From: Nitrosopumilaceae archaeon
GTDB lineage: Archaea > Thermoproteota > Nitrososphaeria > Nitrososphaerales > Nitrosopumilaceae
DNA length: 64,000 nucleotides
Reading direction: 5' to 3'
Assembly (NCBI GenBank): GCA_965209085.1
Contig: OZ242376.1
Span: 1,248,001 to 1,312,000 of the forward strand
Positions within the stretch are counted from its first letter, which is position 1; each line of letters starts with the position of its first letter. Positions 32,535 through 43,088 of this stretch are shown piece after piece. The notes beneath the pieces were generated by a model. That model saw only the letters and a list, made by a program, of their open reading frames with translations, did not search any database and was not told the DNA's origin. The translations under genes were made by a program, and so were the position numbers.

Positions 32535-32842
32535 TAAAATTGCCAGAATGGGTAAAAACGTGCACAATTGATAAACTAGATGGTCTGTTTTCATTTGATT
32601 ACAAAGAAAAACGCATTCTCCTCTCAAAAATTGGAGAGCGGGTGTGTGCTACGGACCGCACGTGTACGCACGATGATGCAGACTTGTCGTGCGGTTTTGC
32701 CACGCCAGAAGGTGTGCGGTGCAATCTTCATCTCTCAGTATTTGACATGCGCGACGGAAAACCGTTAAACCCCCCAGCTGAGAAATCTCTTGCAGTATAT
32801 AATGTTAAAATAGACGGCAAAGACGTCTATGTAGAGTTGTGA
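32531..32842 (+). CDS. Rieske-type ferredoxin
   Basis: CTH...CNLH Rieske ligands. Confidence 0.88.
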   Translation: MIKLPEWVKTCTIDKLDGLFSFDYKEKRILLSKIGERVCATDRTCTHDDADLSCGFATPEGVRCNLHLSVFDMRDGKPLNPPAEKSLAVYNVKIDGKDVYVEL

Positions 32843-32845
32843 TGT

Positions 32846-34087
32846 ATGGTGCAGGGAAAATCAATTAAAAATGCGCGCGAGGATTTTCCAATGATGGAAA
32901 GACATGTTCACGGGGACAAACGTCTGGTATATTTGGATAATGCATCCACCACGCAAAAACCCATGCAGGTCATAGATACTTTGACAGAATATTATAAAAA
33001 TTACAATTCAAACATACACAGGGCAGTATACGTCATAGCTACAGAGGCCACATCCGCATATGAGGGAGTCCGGAAAAAGACTGCAAATTTCATTGGTGCA
33101 AAAAACCCCGATGAGATTGTCTTTGTGCGCGGAACAACAGAGGCCATAAACATGGTGGCGTACGCATGGGGCAGGGCAAACATATCAGAGGGCGATGTCA
33201 TAGTTACAACCGAATACGAGCACCACAGCAATATTGTTCCATGGCAGATGCTAGTAAAAGAAAAAAATGCAGTTCTAAAGTACATCGATATTGACGATCA
33301 GGGCAAGTTAATCCTAGGGCAGCTTGACGAGCACCTCTCAAAAGGGAACGTAAAACTAGTATGCTTTAGCCTAATGTCAAACGTGCTTGGAACCATATCG
33401 GATGCAAAATCGATAATCTCAAAATGCAAAGCCTCCAATGTAATGACCCTAGTGGATGCAGCACAGGCTGTCCCGCACATGAGGGTAAATGTTGAAGATT
33501 TGGAATGTGATTTTTTTGCATTCTCAGGGCACAAGATGCTAGGACCTACAGGTGTCGGAGTGCTGTGGGCCAAAAAAGAGATTCTTGAGCAAATGGCGCC
33601 ATTTCATGGCGGAGGCGATATGATACGCGAGGTTCACAAACAAGAGGCCACGTGGAATGATGTCCCATACAAGTTTGAAGCCGGAACACCAAACATTGCA
33701 GACGTGATAGGGTTTGGCGCAGCAATTGACTATCTGCAGGAGATAGGAATGGATAACGTCAGGGAGCATGAGGTAGAGCTTACATTATATGCGCTTGAAA
33801 AACTCTCAAATGTTTCCGGAATCAAAATTTACGGAACAAATCAGATGCAATGGCGCGGAGGCGTTATCTCTTTTAATTTTTCAGACGTTCATCCCCACGA
33901 TGTAGCCCAGATAGTAGACAGGGAAGGAATTGCCATACGCTCCGGCCACCACTGCGCACAGGTGCTGATGGAAAAGCTCGATGTGGCAGCCACATCAAGA
34001 GCCAGTTTTTACATTTACAATACAAAAGATGACGTTGACAGACTGATTGCAGCACTGCATAAAGTGGCAAAGGTGTTCAGGCTGTGA
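32846..34087 (+). CDS. sufS: cysteine desulfurase
   Basis: YLDNASTTQKP, EHHSN, SGHKMLGP, RSGHHCA. Confidence 0.95.
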   Translation: MVQGKSIKNAREDFPMMERHVHGDKRLVYLDNASTTQKPMQVIDTLTEYYKNYNSNIHRAVYVIATEATSAYEGVRKKTANFIGAKNPDEIVFVRGTTEAINMVAYAWGRANISEGDVIVTTEYEHHSNIVPWQMLVKEKNAVLKYIDIDDQGKLILGQLDEHLSKGNVKLVCFSLMSNVLGTISDAKSIISKCKASNVMTLVDAAQAVPHMRVNVEDLECDFFAFSGHKMLGPTGVGVLWAKKEILEQMAPFHGGGDMIREVHKQEATWNDVPYKFEAGTPNIADVIGFGAAIDYLQEIGMDNVREHEVELTLYALEKLSNVSGIKIYGTNQMQWRGGVISFNFSDVHPHDVAQIVDREGIAIRSGHHCAQVLMEKLDVAATSRASFYIYNTKDDVDRLIAALHKVAKVFRL

Positions 34088-34524
34088 GCGGGACTGATAT
34101 TTACCACGAGATGATTATAGACTATTACCGTAACCCGCTAAACTTTGGAAAAATTGAAAATCCTGACGTAACGTATCATGATTCAAATCCCCTGTGCGGC
34201 GACAGCATAGATATAGATCTCAAAGTGGACGGGAACTGCGTATCGGATATAAAATTTCACGGCAAAGGATGCGCCATCTGTATGGCATGCACGTCTGTTC
34301 TAACAGAAATGGTAAAGGGTAAGGACATAACAGAGGTTAGAAAGATTGTAAAAGACGACATCCTATCTGAGCTTGGCCTTGAGAGTTTGCAGGCTGTCCG
34401 GATAAAGTGCGCCCTGCTTTCGCTCAAAGTGCTAAAGTACGCCCTGTATACGTATCTAGCAGGGCACTCCAAAGATGACAATGGTACAGGGGACCTAAAA
34501 GAGGAGGCAGCAGACCTTTACTGA
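34084..34524 (+). CDS. IscU/SufU family Fe-S scaffold
   Basis: NPLCGD, GCAIC, RIKCALL. Confidence 0.92.
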   Translation: MSGTDIYHEMIIDYYRNPLNFGKIENPDVTYHDSNPLCGDSIDIDLKVDGNCVSDIKFHGKGCAICMACTSVLTEMVKGKDITEVRKIVKDDILSELGLESLQAVRIKCALLSLKVLKYALYTYLAGHSKDDNGTGDLKEEAADLY

Positions 34525-34531
34525 ACATATA

Positions 34532-34858
34532 ATGCTGCTCATACGCTGTGCAATCTTTGATCATTTTAACAAAGAAGACCTGAGCTTTAACAACGATCAG
34601 ATTTTAGAGGAGATTGTAAAATCAGGCGCACTAGATGCAAATTTTGATGTTGAAAAGCTTGAAGTGCATTTTGAGGATTTGTGTAAAAAAGAGATACTGC
34701 GGAATATTGCGCAAAATCTCACCACAGTATGGTATAAGATATTTGATCCGCTATCAGCGTATTCTTGCAAATCCTGCAATATGCAGGTGTACATTAATGC
34801 GAATGTTGAAAAAAACTGTCCAAATCCGGCATGCAATGCTGCCATCAGTCAGAATTAG
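34532..34858 (+). CDS. hypothetical protein (winged-helix-like N-terminus, C-terminal Zn ribbon)
   Basis: CKSC...CPNPAC; co-oriented with the suf operon. Confidence 0.7.
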   Translation: MLLIRCAIFDHFNKEDLSFNNDQILEEIVKSGALDANFDVEKLEVHFEDLCKKEILRNIAQNLTTVWYKIFDPLSAYSCKSCNMQVYINANVEKNCPNPACNAAISQN

Positions 34859-36047
34859 AGGCGGCTTTTTCAAGTGCTGCAATCATTGGGAGTTTTTCAC
34901 GGGCAAGGTACAGGACTAGTGCGCCACCTGCAGTACTCACGTGGTTTATTTTATCATACAAATCGTATTTTTTGAGCGCCGAGCTTAGATGGCCGCCGCT
35001 GACTATGGTTGTAGCCATGGAATTTGCCACAGATTTTAGGAGACTCTCGGTTCCATAGCTAAACTGTTCGTGCTCAAAGTATCCTGCAGGACCGCTTATG
35101 AAGACGGTTCCAGCACCGATTATCATTTTTTCATAATGTTTTACAGTTTCCGGACCCATATCCAAGATACGGTCTCCGGATACTAGCTCACGTACCGTTA
35201 TTTCCACGCGTTTTCCGTTGCGCTCTATTGCAATATCCACCGGCGTTGAGAAAACGTCAGGGTATTCGCCTATCAGGGCGTGCGCCTTGCGTACAAGCTC
35301 ATCTTCGCGGTCTATTTCAAGATGGTATTTTATTCGAGCCTGCGCGCGCAAAAACACGCTGGCAATTACCCCCGTCAAAAGTATGTGATCTGCCTGTCCG
35401 TTTTTAATCAACAGTGAGATTGCCTCAAGGCGGTCCACAACTTTGGATCCGCCCAAAACCACCACGTGTGGTGCCTTTGCAACAGAGAGTATTCGGTCCA
35501 GCTCGCGCACTTCTTTTTCGACGATGCGTCCGGCGCATGCCGGAATGACATTTGGAAATCCCACAATTGACGGGTGTGAGCGGTGTGCGCTTGGAAACGA
35601 ATCAAGAACGCACAAATCAAAGAGTCCGCGCAGTCTGCTAACCATTATGGTTTTTGCCGCATCCTCGGGCAGAAATTCGTAATTTTCTTCAGCACACAGG
35701 CGCAGATTATCAAGCATTAGAATTTCACCGTTCTTTAAATTTCGTATTGCAGACTGGGCAGCCTCGCCTATCGTATCCTCCACGTATATGATCTTGCGGC
35801 CAAGCATCTCTTCTAATACTTTGGCATGTTTTTTCATGCTCGTATAATCCGTATTGCCGACCCTGCCCTGGTGTGATGCGATGACAAGTTTGGAATCTGC
35901 AAGCGATTCTATTGTAGGTATGGATTCTTCTATTCTTTTCTTGCCGCTGATCTCCAGGGTTTTAGGATCCATCGGACAGTTCATGTCGACTCTTAAGAAA
36001 ACCGTTTTTCCTTTTGTCTGTACATCATCGATGGTATGAAACCGCAC
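34845..36047 (-). CDS. pgk: phosphoglycerate kinase
   Basis: RVDMNCP, SHQGR, AHRSH, GGSKV, STAGGA. Confidence 0.95.
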   Translation of the reverse strand: MRFHTIDDVQTKGKTVFLRVDMNCPMDPKTLEISGKKRIEESIPTIESLADSKLVIASHQGRVGNTDYTSMKKHAKVLEEMLGRKIIYVEDTIGEAAQSAIRNLKNGEILMLDNLRLCAEENYEFLPEDAAKTIMVSRLRGLFDLCVLDSFPSAHRSHPSIVGFPNVIPACAGRIVEKEVRELDRILSVAKAPHVVVLGGSKVVDRLEAISLLIKNGQADHILLTGVIASVFLRAQARIKYHLEIDREDELVRKAHALIGEYPDVFSTPVDIAIERNGKRVEITVRELVSGDRILDMGPETVKHYEKMIIGAGTVFISGPAGYFEHEQFSYGTESLLKSVANSMATTIVSGGHLSSALKKYDLYDKINHVSTAGGALVLYLAREKLPMIAALEKAASNSD

Positions 36048-36222
36048 TATATGTGCAACATATGTAATCTAGGTTAAAAGCTTTAGCCGATCACGGTTTT
36101 TACGAGTCGCCATACACACGGTTAATCGTATGCGTATGATCATGAAACGAAATTCAATATCTTTATGGTTTTTGCAGTATAAAATTTGATAATGATTAAA
36201 AGCATGAGGATTTTAACAAGGG

Positions 36223-36888
36223 ATGGGATGTACGCTGCAATCGCTTGCATTTGATATCAGATCAAGATCGACTGTGGTTATTGCAACCTCGTTTGTTCTC
36301 TGGTCTCTTTTGGTCTATTACGGTAAAACAGAGTGGTTTGATATTCCAACAATTGCTTTCTTTACAGATTTGGAGAGGGATGGAATATTAGATCTGTTTA
36401 TGAGAACGTTAACTGAGATTGGGGATATTTTTTACATGTTGGGTTTTACCATAATACTCATCATAATTCGCCCCACACGTAAACTCGGCATAGCTTTGCT
36501 CATACTGCTAGTTTTAACCACGCTGATTACAGGATATGTAAAATGCGGCGTGGACCGAGAGAGGCCGGAACCGGAAATATTTTCCGCATTCCCAGTAGAC
36601 ATTAGTCCTGATACGTTCTCACTTTTTTGTGCAGGAGGATTTGATGCATCATATCCGTCCGGGCATTCTGCAAGAGCTGCCGCAGTCGGATCCATTTTGG
36701 CCATAGGACTTGCCGTAAGGTTTCCAAGGGTAGCACCCCTGCTGATGTTGTATCCGGCCATGATGGCACTCAGCAGGATCTATGTTTTACAGCACTATCC
36801 ATCAGATGTAATCGGAGGGGTGTTATTGGGAATACTGCTCGCAGGCATTGTTGCAAAAAAAACGCATATTGATGATTCAAAGTCCTAG
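36223..36888 (+). CDS. PAP2 family membrane phosphatase
   Basis: K......RP, SYPSGH, SRIY...HYPSDV. Confidence 0.9.
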   Translation: MGCTLQSLAFDIRSRSTVVIATSFVLWSLLVYYGKTEWFDIPTIAFFTDLERDGILDLFMRTLTEIGDIFYMLGFTIILIIIRPTRKLGIALLILLVLTTLITGYVKCGVDRERPEPEIFSAFPVDISPDTFSLFCAGGFDASYPSGHSARAAAVGSILAIGLAVRFPRVAPLLMLYPAMMALSRIYVLQHYPSDVIGGVLLGILLAGIVAKKTHIDDSKS

Positions 36889-37188
36889 ACTTTCCAAAAC
36901 CGTTGCGCTTACAAACATTATTGCATAGTGGTCATCATCGTGATGATACGTCCAGTATCGGATTGATCTTTCAGCGTTAATACGTCGCAGACCGTAATTT
37001 ACGGACGTGGTGATTGTATACCCTATGCGTTTTGCAGTCCGTTTCTCTTTTGTCATTAAAACCAAATAGCCCCCTTTGATTCCCTCAAAACCCAATTCTA
37101 CCATTTGATCTGCGGCAGCCGCAGCGGATTTTTCATCGTTAATTTCAAAAGTTTTGATCGCAGGTATCTGCGAAGGGTGAAACACCAT
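36877..37188 (-). CDS. hypothetical protein
   Basis: 103-aa ORF with ATG start and typical composition. Confidence 0.65.
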   Translation of the reverse strand: MVFHPSQIPAIKTFEINDEKSAAAAADQMVELGFEGIKGGYLVLMTKEKRTAKRIGYTITTSVNYGLRRINAERSIRYWTYHHDDDHYAIMFVSATVLESLGL

Positions 37189-37302
37189 CCTGTTTTAGAC
37201 ATATTTGAGAGATTTTAACATTTTTTTATGTTGGATTTCTTTACGTTTAGGTCAAAACATGGATATAGATTTAGATTAATCACGGCGTGTGTTTATTATT
37301 TT

Positions 37303-38169
37303 ATGGGATCGCTTGTAAGACTTGCCAAAAAGATCGAAGAACGCAAAAAAGAGATCGTCCGTGCAAAGCGTAAAGCCGAAAAAGATTTGAAAAAATCCGT
37401 ATCTAGTTACAGAAAATCATCATCAAGCCTCACATCCATAGAACACAGCGTAGAGACGGCCAAAGACCAGATAGGCGAGATTGGTAAGGAATTAGTGCGT
37501 GCTGTCGAACAGCGCGAGAGTGTAAAGAGGCTCATTGCTTCAGCAGAAGCAAGGTTGGAATCTGAAAAATATGAGAAATCAAACGCAGAGCAGGAAATAA
37601 AATTCACCAGTGGCAGAGAAGAGAAAAAAAACGCCCAATTCAAACTCGACGGCGTGATTGACAGCATTAATGAGATAAAAAATGAGATTAAAATCAGAAC
37701 AAATATGATGTCAAAACTTGGTGAAATCATCGACAGTCAGTCATCATCAAAATCAAAAATATCCACAAAAATTCGTAAAAATACCAGCAAAAAACCGGAT
37801 TTGAGAAAAATCATAAAAAGTAGCGGTAAAAAAGTAGAAGAACTCAGACGCAGTGTAAAATCAAAAGACAAACAGGTACAAAATGCAAAAATAAAAATAA
37901 AAAAAATCTCTGAACGTGTGAAAGGAAAATCCAAACCTGCAAAATTAAAAACTAAAAAACGCACCTCAAAATCCAAGACAAAACGCCGCACCGTACGTGC
38001 AAAAAGCAAAACACTTGGCGGTAAAAAACGCACCGTTAAAGCCAAAACAAAACGCAGCACCGTACGTGCAAAAAGCAAAACATCCAAAGTGAAAAAACGT
38101 ATTGTAAAAAAATCTACTAAAAGTGTTAAACGCCGCGCACCGGCACGCAAAGTTTCACGCAGGAAATAA
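37303..38169 (+). CDS. coiled-coil protein with Lys/Arg-rich histone-H1-like tail
   Basis: Long heptad-like region, then KTKRRTVRAKSKT-type repeats; start at ATG 37303. Confidence 0.75.
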   Translation: MGSLVRLAKKIEERKKEIVRAKRKAEKDLKKSVSSYRKSSSSLTSIEHSVETAKDQIGEIGKELVRAVEQRESVKRLIASAEARLESEKYEKSNAEQEIKFTSGREEKKNAQFKLDGVIDSINEIKNEIKIRTNMMSKLGEIIDSQSSSKSKISTKIRKNTSKKPDLRKIIKSSGKKVEELRRSVKSKDKQVQNAKIKIKKISERVKGKSKPAKLKTKKRTSKSKTKRRTVRAKSKTLGGKKRTVKAKTKRSTVRAKSKTSKVKKRIVKKSTKSVKRRAPARKVSRRK

Positions 38170-38301
38170 CATTCTATTATCTTTCGTTTCTTTTGCGGTT
38201 GTACAGCAAATATCCGACAATTGCAGAAACTACCCCGCCAAGTATCCACAGATCATACGTCACGATGTGTGCAATACTGACCTGTCATTTAATCAATTGT
38301 A

Positions 38302-40650
38302 TTATTTAACGAGATGGTGCATCGATACAAGGTCTGGTTCAAAATCTTTGAGTGAATCGGGCACCTTTATCTGCACATTATCCTTTAATGAGAGTCCGGC
38401 ATCTTTCTTTTTTCCCCACACCATTGTGCTAAAATCAGCTATCATCTGTCGTGTGGATTTATCATATTCGATGTTTTCAGATTCTGCCTGGCGTTCTGCA
38501 TGTATGCTAGAATCAGAATACAGCATCATCCAAAGCTTGTCGGATATGAAAGGCGTTATCGGTGCAAGCAGTTTTAGAATAGTTGAGAGTACTTTGTGCA
38601 GTGTAAATACAGCAGAGTTTTTTTGCGCCTCCGATACTCCGTCCCCGTATGCGCGAGATTTTACCATTTCTATATAATGCGCTGCAAACAAATTCCACGC
38701 AAATTCACGGATTGCCACGGCGGGAACAAAAAAGTTATACTCATCATATCCTTTTTTGCATTCGACTATAAGATTGTCAAGCTCGCTTAAAATCCATTTA
38801 TCTGTAGGCTCCAAATCGGCATCATCGACTGTGGGAAAACTGGATATGAACCGCGATATGTTCCAAAGCTTGCTGAGGAATTTTTTTGCCGCCTCTATTT
38901 TTACCTCGTTGCATCTGAAATCATAACCGTGTGTAACCTCGCTGGCACTCCAAAATCTAAATACGTCCGCTCCAAGCCGCTCTATCAACGGTAGAGGGTC
39001 TATTGCGTTTCCCTTGCTCTTGCTCATCTTCATTCCTTTTTCATCAAGACCATACCCCATTATCCACGCTTCAGACCACGGTGTTTTTTCCACAAGTTGA
39101 TCGCATCTAAGCATCGTATAGTAAAGCCATGTGCGAACAATGTCTTTTGCCTGCGGACGTATTGCCGAAGGGTATGTCTTTGCAAAAAATTCATCATCCT
39201 TGCCGTATTTTGATATAAACAGCGGTGAGATGCTCGAATCCATCCACGTATCAAACGTGCGCTCCTCGCCGTGAAATTCTCCAGCACCGCATTTTGGGCA
39301 TTTGCTTATCGGACATTCATCCTTCCACGGGCGGTAATATTTTCCAGGCTCTGGAACATACGGCTCGGAGCATTTTACGCACGTCCATACCGGTATCTCT
39401 GTTCCGTAATAGCGTCTTCGTGATATTGGCCAGTCAATGGATATTGAGTCAAGCCAGTTGTTTAGTATCTGCTTGTGCATTTTTGGATAAAATCGCACGG
39501 TTTGGGCCAATTTTCGCATTCTATCCACAGAATCCATCTGTTTTAGATAATACTCTTCCATCGGAATTATCTCAATGGGGGTTTTGCTGCGCTCAGCTAT
39601 AGGAGTTCGGTGCATTATATTTTCGATTTTTTCAACAAATCCGGCACTCTCCAAATCTTCTGTTATTTTTTTACGCGCCTGTTTTGGGCGAAGACCCGCA
39701 TACGGGCCGGCAGTTTCAGTCATCTTGCCGTCAAGTCCGATTGAGACTATCTCTTCAAGATTCATCTCGCGGAAAAGTGCCACGTCGTTTTGATCACCGT
39801 AACTGCAAACCATTACAGCACCGGTGCCAAATTCCTTGTTCACTGAATGGTGCGTTTTAATTTCCACTTTGCGTCCAAATATCGGAGTAATGGCGTATTT
39901 TCCAACCATGTTTTTGTACCGTTCGTCATCTTTAGATACAATTATGATGCAGCATGCGCACAATAATTCAGGCCTGGTACTGGCAATGGTTATCGTATCT
40001 GATTCGTCTTTGATGGCAAATTTCATCGATACAAGGTTTGTCTGCAGATCCTCGTATGTAATTTCTGCATCAGCTATGGTAGTTCCTGAAACCCAGTCAT
40101 AGTTGTTTGGCCTGTTTGCAAGGTATACAAGTCCCATCTTCCAGAGTTTGATAAACGTGGACTGGGTCAGCGTCCGGTATTCTTCAGAATCGGTCCGGTA
40201 ATGCCCTTTAATGTCTCCGCTCAATCCAAGGTTTGTCATAATCTGTATCATTTCAGATTCTAAATCATCAAGTGAGTTTTTACACAAATCCAAAAATTCA
40301 CCCCTCTCGGTTTCGCGCATGCGTATGTTGTGTTTTTTCTCAGTGTACAGCTCTACTGGCAGTCCGTTGCGGTCTATGCCGATTGGAAAATAGACGTTTT
40401 TTCCGGCCATTCTAGCCGTTCTGGCAATCATGTCAATCTGCGAATAGTGTGCAGCTGCCCCGATATGCCAGGGTCTGCCCGACGGGTACGGAGGCGGCGT
40501 GTCTATCGTATAGTTTTCCGCAGACAGCTCAAAGTTATACACGCCGGATTTTGACCATTCCTTTAGCAGTTCAGCCTCTATTGCATGATCCCATGCTTTT
40601 GCAGTTATTGTAGGGGATGCTCGCTCAGTGGGGGGGTTATTTTCGGACAA
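38302..40650 (-). CDS. valS: valine--tRNA ligase
   Basis: DTPPPYPSG..HIG, DWPISRRRYYG, DTWMDSS, KMSKS. Confidence 0.95.
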   Translation of the reverse strand: MSENNPPTERASPTITAKAWDHAIEAELLKEWSKSGVYNFELSAENYTIDTPPPYPSGRPWHIGAAAHYSQIDMIARTARMAGKNVYFPIGIDRNGLPVELYTEKKHNIRMRETERGEFLDLCKNSLDDLESEMIQIMTNLGLSGDIKGHYRTDSEEYRTLTQSTFIKLWKMGLVYLANRPNNYDWVSGTTIADAEITYEDLQTNLVSMKFAIKDESDTITIASTRPELLCACCIIIVSKDDERYKNMVGKYAITPIFGRKVEIKTHHSVNKEFGTGAVMVCSYGDQNDVALFREMNLEEIVSIGLDGKMTETAGPYAGLRPKQARKKITEDLESAGFVEKIENIMHRTPIAERSKTPIEIIPMEEYYLKQMDSVDRMRKLAQTVRFYPKMHKQILNNWLDSISIDWPISRRRYYGTEIPVWTCVKCSEPYVPEPGKYYRPWKDECPISKCPKCGAGEFHGEERTFDTWMDSSISPLFISKYGKDDEFFAKTYPSAIRPQAKDIVRTWLYYTMLRCDQLVEKTPWSEAWIMGYGLDEKGMKMSKSKGNAIDPLPLIERLGADVFRFWSASEVTHGYDFRCNEVKIEAAKKFLSKLWNISRFISSFPTVDDADLEPTDKWILSELDNLIVECKKGYDEYNFFVPAVAIREFAWNLFAAHYIEMVKSRAYGDGVSEAQKNSAVFTLHKVLSTILKLLAPITPFISDKLWMMLYSDSSIHAERQAESENIEYDKSTRQMIADFSTMVWGKKKDAGLSLKDNVQIKVPDSLKDFEPDLVSMHHLVK

Positions 40651-40652
40651 AT

Positions 40653-41471
40653 CTAGGCACGCAGGAGGCTGGATATTATATGGGAACCTTTGTTGTAACC
40701 CTCATAGATGTATACGCCGATTGCCTCTATGTTTGATGGCAGTTTTGGACCAAGCAGTCGTATGATTTCAGTGGAGAGATTTTCTACGGTGGCCTCGCCT
40801 TTTAGAAGATATGCGTTGTGTTTTGGCACCTTTAGATCAAAGGTGCCTTTTGGACCGTCAAATTTTATATGGTATGCAATATCGGTCTTGCCGCACACAT
40901 ATTTTTCGTTTATGAAAAATTTGTGATCAAATACTGCCATCACTTCTTTTATGATGCGTTTTGCCACGCCAAAGTCAAGCAGCAGATTGTTTTCCATTTG
41001 TCCTGCCAGTTCCACCATTACAGATGATGTATGTCCGTGCAGGATGGAGCATTTTTCCACCAGCGGGAGAATATGGGAATAATCAAACATGAATGACTGA
41101 TCTTCCAAAAATATCGAGCCTGTCTGCGGGCGGTTTTGATCGTAAAAGACGATATCCTGCAGCTCTTTTAATTTCGAGGCGTATTTTGGATGACCTATTG
41201 CCATAATTTTTGTTTCAGGGGATGACTCTTTGATTTTGGTATATTTTTCAATGTCCGCATTACCGTCTATGACCTCGATGAATCCATTGTCGGTTTTAAA
41301 ATCAACGGTTGCATCAAATCCTCCAAAAGTTTCCCTGTGGTTGTATTCGTATTTGTGTCCCAAAAATTCCAGCATTTGTGCTACGGCAAGCTCTGTTCTA
41401 GTGCGCATCAAATTGTCATGTTTGTCCAGATAGCGCATATCAGAGCTTATAACCCGCGGTTCTGCAGTCAT
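40653..41471 (-). CDS. QueD/6-pyruvoyl-tetrahydropterin synthase-like protein with extra N-terminal domain
   Basis: C-terminal YSH...KCSILHGH...DFG...FDH...TVENL. Confidence 0.8.
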   Translation of the reverse strand: MTAEPRVISSDMRYLDKHDNLMRTRTELAVAQMLEFLGHKYEYNHRETFGGFDATVDFKTDNGFIEVIDGNADIEKYTKIKESSPETKIMAIGHPKYASKLKELQDIVFYDQNRPQTGSIFLEDQSFMFDYSHILPLVEKCSILHGHTSSVMVELAGQMENNLLLDFGVAKRIIKEVMAVFDHKFFINEKYVCGKTDIAYHIKFDGPKGTFDLKVPKHNAYLLKGEATVENLSTEIIRLLGPKLPSNIEAIGVYIYEGYNKGSHIISSLLRA

Positions 41472-41518
41472 TTCTCAGACTCGCTCTTGTGTGTATATAA
41501 TTCTGTGTGGGTCAGGTT

Positions 41519-41824
41519 TTACGCCCCCGCCAATGCGTTGAGAATACCTGCAAGTTTTGTGTCATTTTCTGTAATTCCCCCCGCATCATGGGTTACAAGG
41601 TCCACTGTGACTTTGTTATAGACGTTAAACCATTCCGGGTGATGGTTAATTTTTTCAATCTCAACTGAGGCTTTGCTCATAAATCCAAACGCTTCTTCAA
41701 AAGAAGCAAATTCATAATCTTTGTGCAATTTGCCGTTTAGGACAGACCAGCCAGAAAGTGCATTCTCAGATAATGCCTTTTGTAGCATATCCTCGGAAAG
41801 CTGTTCTAACATGATAGAGCGCAC
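41519..41824 (-). CDS. pterin-4-alpha-carbinolamine dehydratase
   Basis: NHHPEWFNVYNKV.V.L.THD.GGI. Confidence 0.93.
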   Translation of the reverse strand: MRSIMLEQLSEDMLQKALSENALSGWSVLNGKLHKDYEFASFEEAFGFMSKASVEIEKINHHPEWFNVYNKVTVDLVTHDAGGITENDTKLAGILNALAGA

Positions 41825-42430
41825 GCAGTCTTGTTAATAATTCTGACTGTAAAGGGGGCTCTGTCCACGAATAAAATCCAAAACATACCATAAAGCTTTT
41901 AGATCATGAACGTAAACGACCGAAAAAGCTTTGGATCAGTAGATCAGAGCCAATTTAATGAAATCAACAAAGCACAACCGACGAGGAAATCTTGCCAGAT
42001 CACACCAAATGTTAACCTAGATTATAATGAAAGCAAAAAATCAATGGTAAATCCATGGAAACAATCAGTTAGGACAACACGGCTTTGATCCCATGGGAAT
42101 GACTGTGTATTACCCTAAAGACAATGCAACAACTGTCATACGATGAACTCGCAGATTATCTTGAAGATTCACCACGTTTACTATCAATACTGGGCTTGAA
42201 AAGAGTGCCGTCAAGGTCGGCGTTGCAGGTAGCATTTACTAGAATTGATGAGCATTTCATCACATGGATGATAAATTCTGCGAGCTGACATGGAATGAAA
42301 GGTACATTGTACTGGGATTCTACAGGAATTGCAATAAACGGGCATAACACGTGGCTTTATGCAAAAAATGGATCAAGGTACAGACTGGATTATTGCAAAT
42401 TGCATATTGTAACTACTGAAAACAGCATAA

Positions 42431-42460
42431 TCATATCATATCATATCATATCATATCATA
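42431..42460. repeat. (TCATA)6 microsatellite
   Basis: Directly visible inside the IS5 transposase remnant. Confidence 0.95.
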
Positions 42461-42852
42461 TCCTATTACACATGCACGATGCCATGATGTACCAATATGA
42501 GCAAATATGTGGCACTGCCGCACGGTTCCAGTCATGTGATGCTTGATGCAGCATACCCTACACGCAACATGTGCATGCTCATAGAAAAGACCAGACAAAT
42601 TCCTGTAATAATGCCAAGAAAAGGTGTTCGCGTACGTGGATTTGACGCAATGGGCAAAAGATGGCATCGTGATAATCCTGATGAATTTCTATCCATATAC
42701 TACAAACGTAGCAACGTAGAGGCTACGTTTTCATCCATGAAGAGAAGGTTTTCATCCACTCTGAGTGCCCGCAAATTTGCAACACAGAAAATTGAATTGG
42801 GCTTCTTTGTCTTGTGTTATAATATTCACATTCTAGCTGCCGCAGTTTAGAT

Positions 42853-42871
42853 TCTGACACTTTGTGTCAGA
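42853..42871. terminator. hairpin after the IS5 transposase stop
   Basis: TCTGACAC-TTT-GTGTCAGA, perfect 8-bp stem. Confidence 0.4.
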
Positions 42872-43088
42872 TACTATCTAGCGTATGCTATACTCTAAAA
42901 CCCAATATTTGCAATACTGGCAAGATGAGCAGGGCTTGATGATGTTGAATTGGTGGACATGTTGCATGATTTTGAATGAATTTGATCGGATTTTTATAAA
43001 AAATGCTCATTCATGGAGAGCTGCCTATACCCAATCTTTAAAATAAATGAAAAATAATAGTAGAAATATAATGCGACGCACACGTAAT

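Larger units (their letters stand above)
41856..43025 (+). mobile_element. degraded IS5-family (DDE_Tnp_1) insertion sequence
   Basis: Frameshifted fragments WDSTGIA..KLHI..HDA, LDAAY, YYKRSNVEATFSSMK; weak candidate ends GGCTCTGTCCACGAAT / ATTCATGGAGAGCTGCC. Confidence 0.75.

Noticed and set aside
29725-34524. suf cluster lacking sufC
   Set aside because: sufC is often encoded elsewhere; absence cannot be judged from one window
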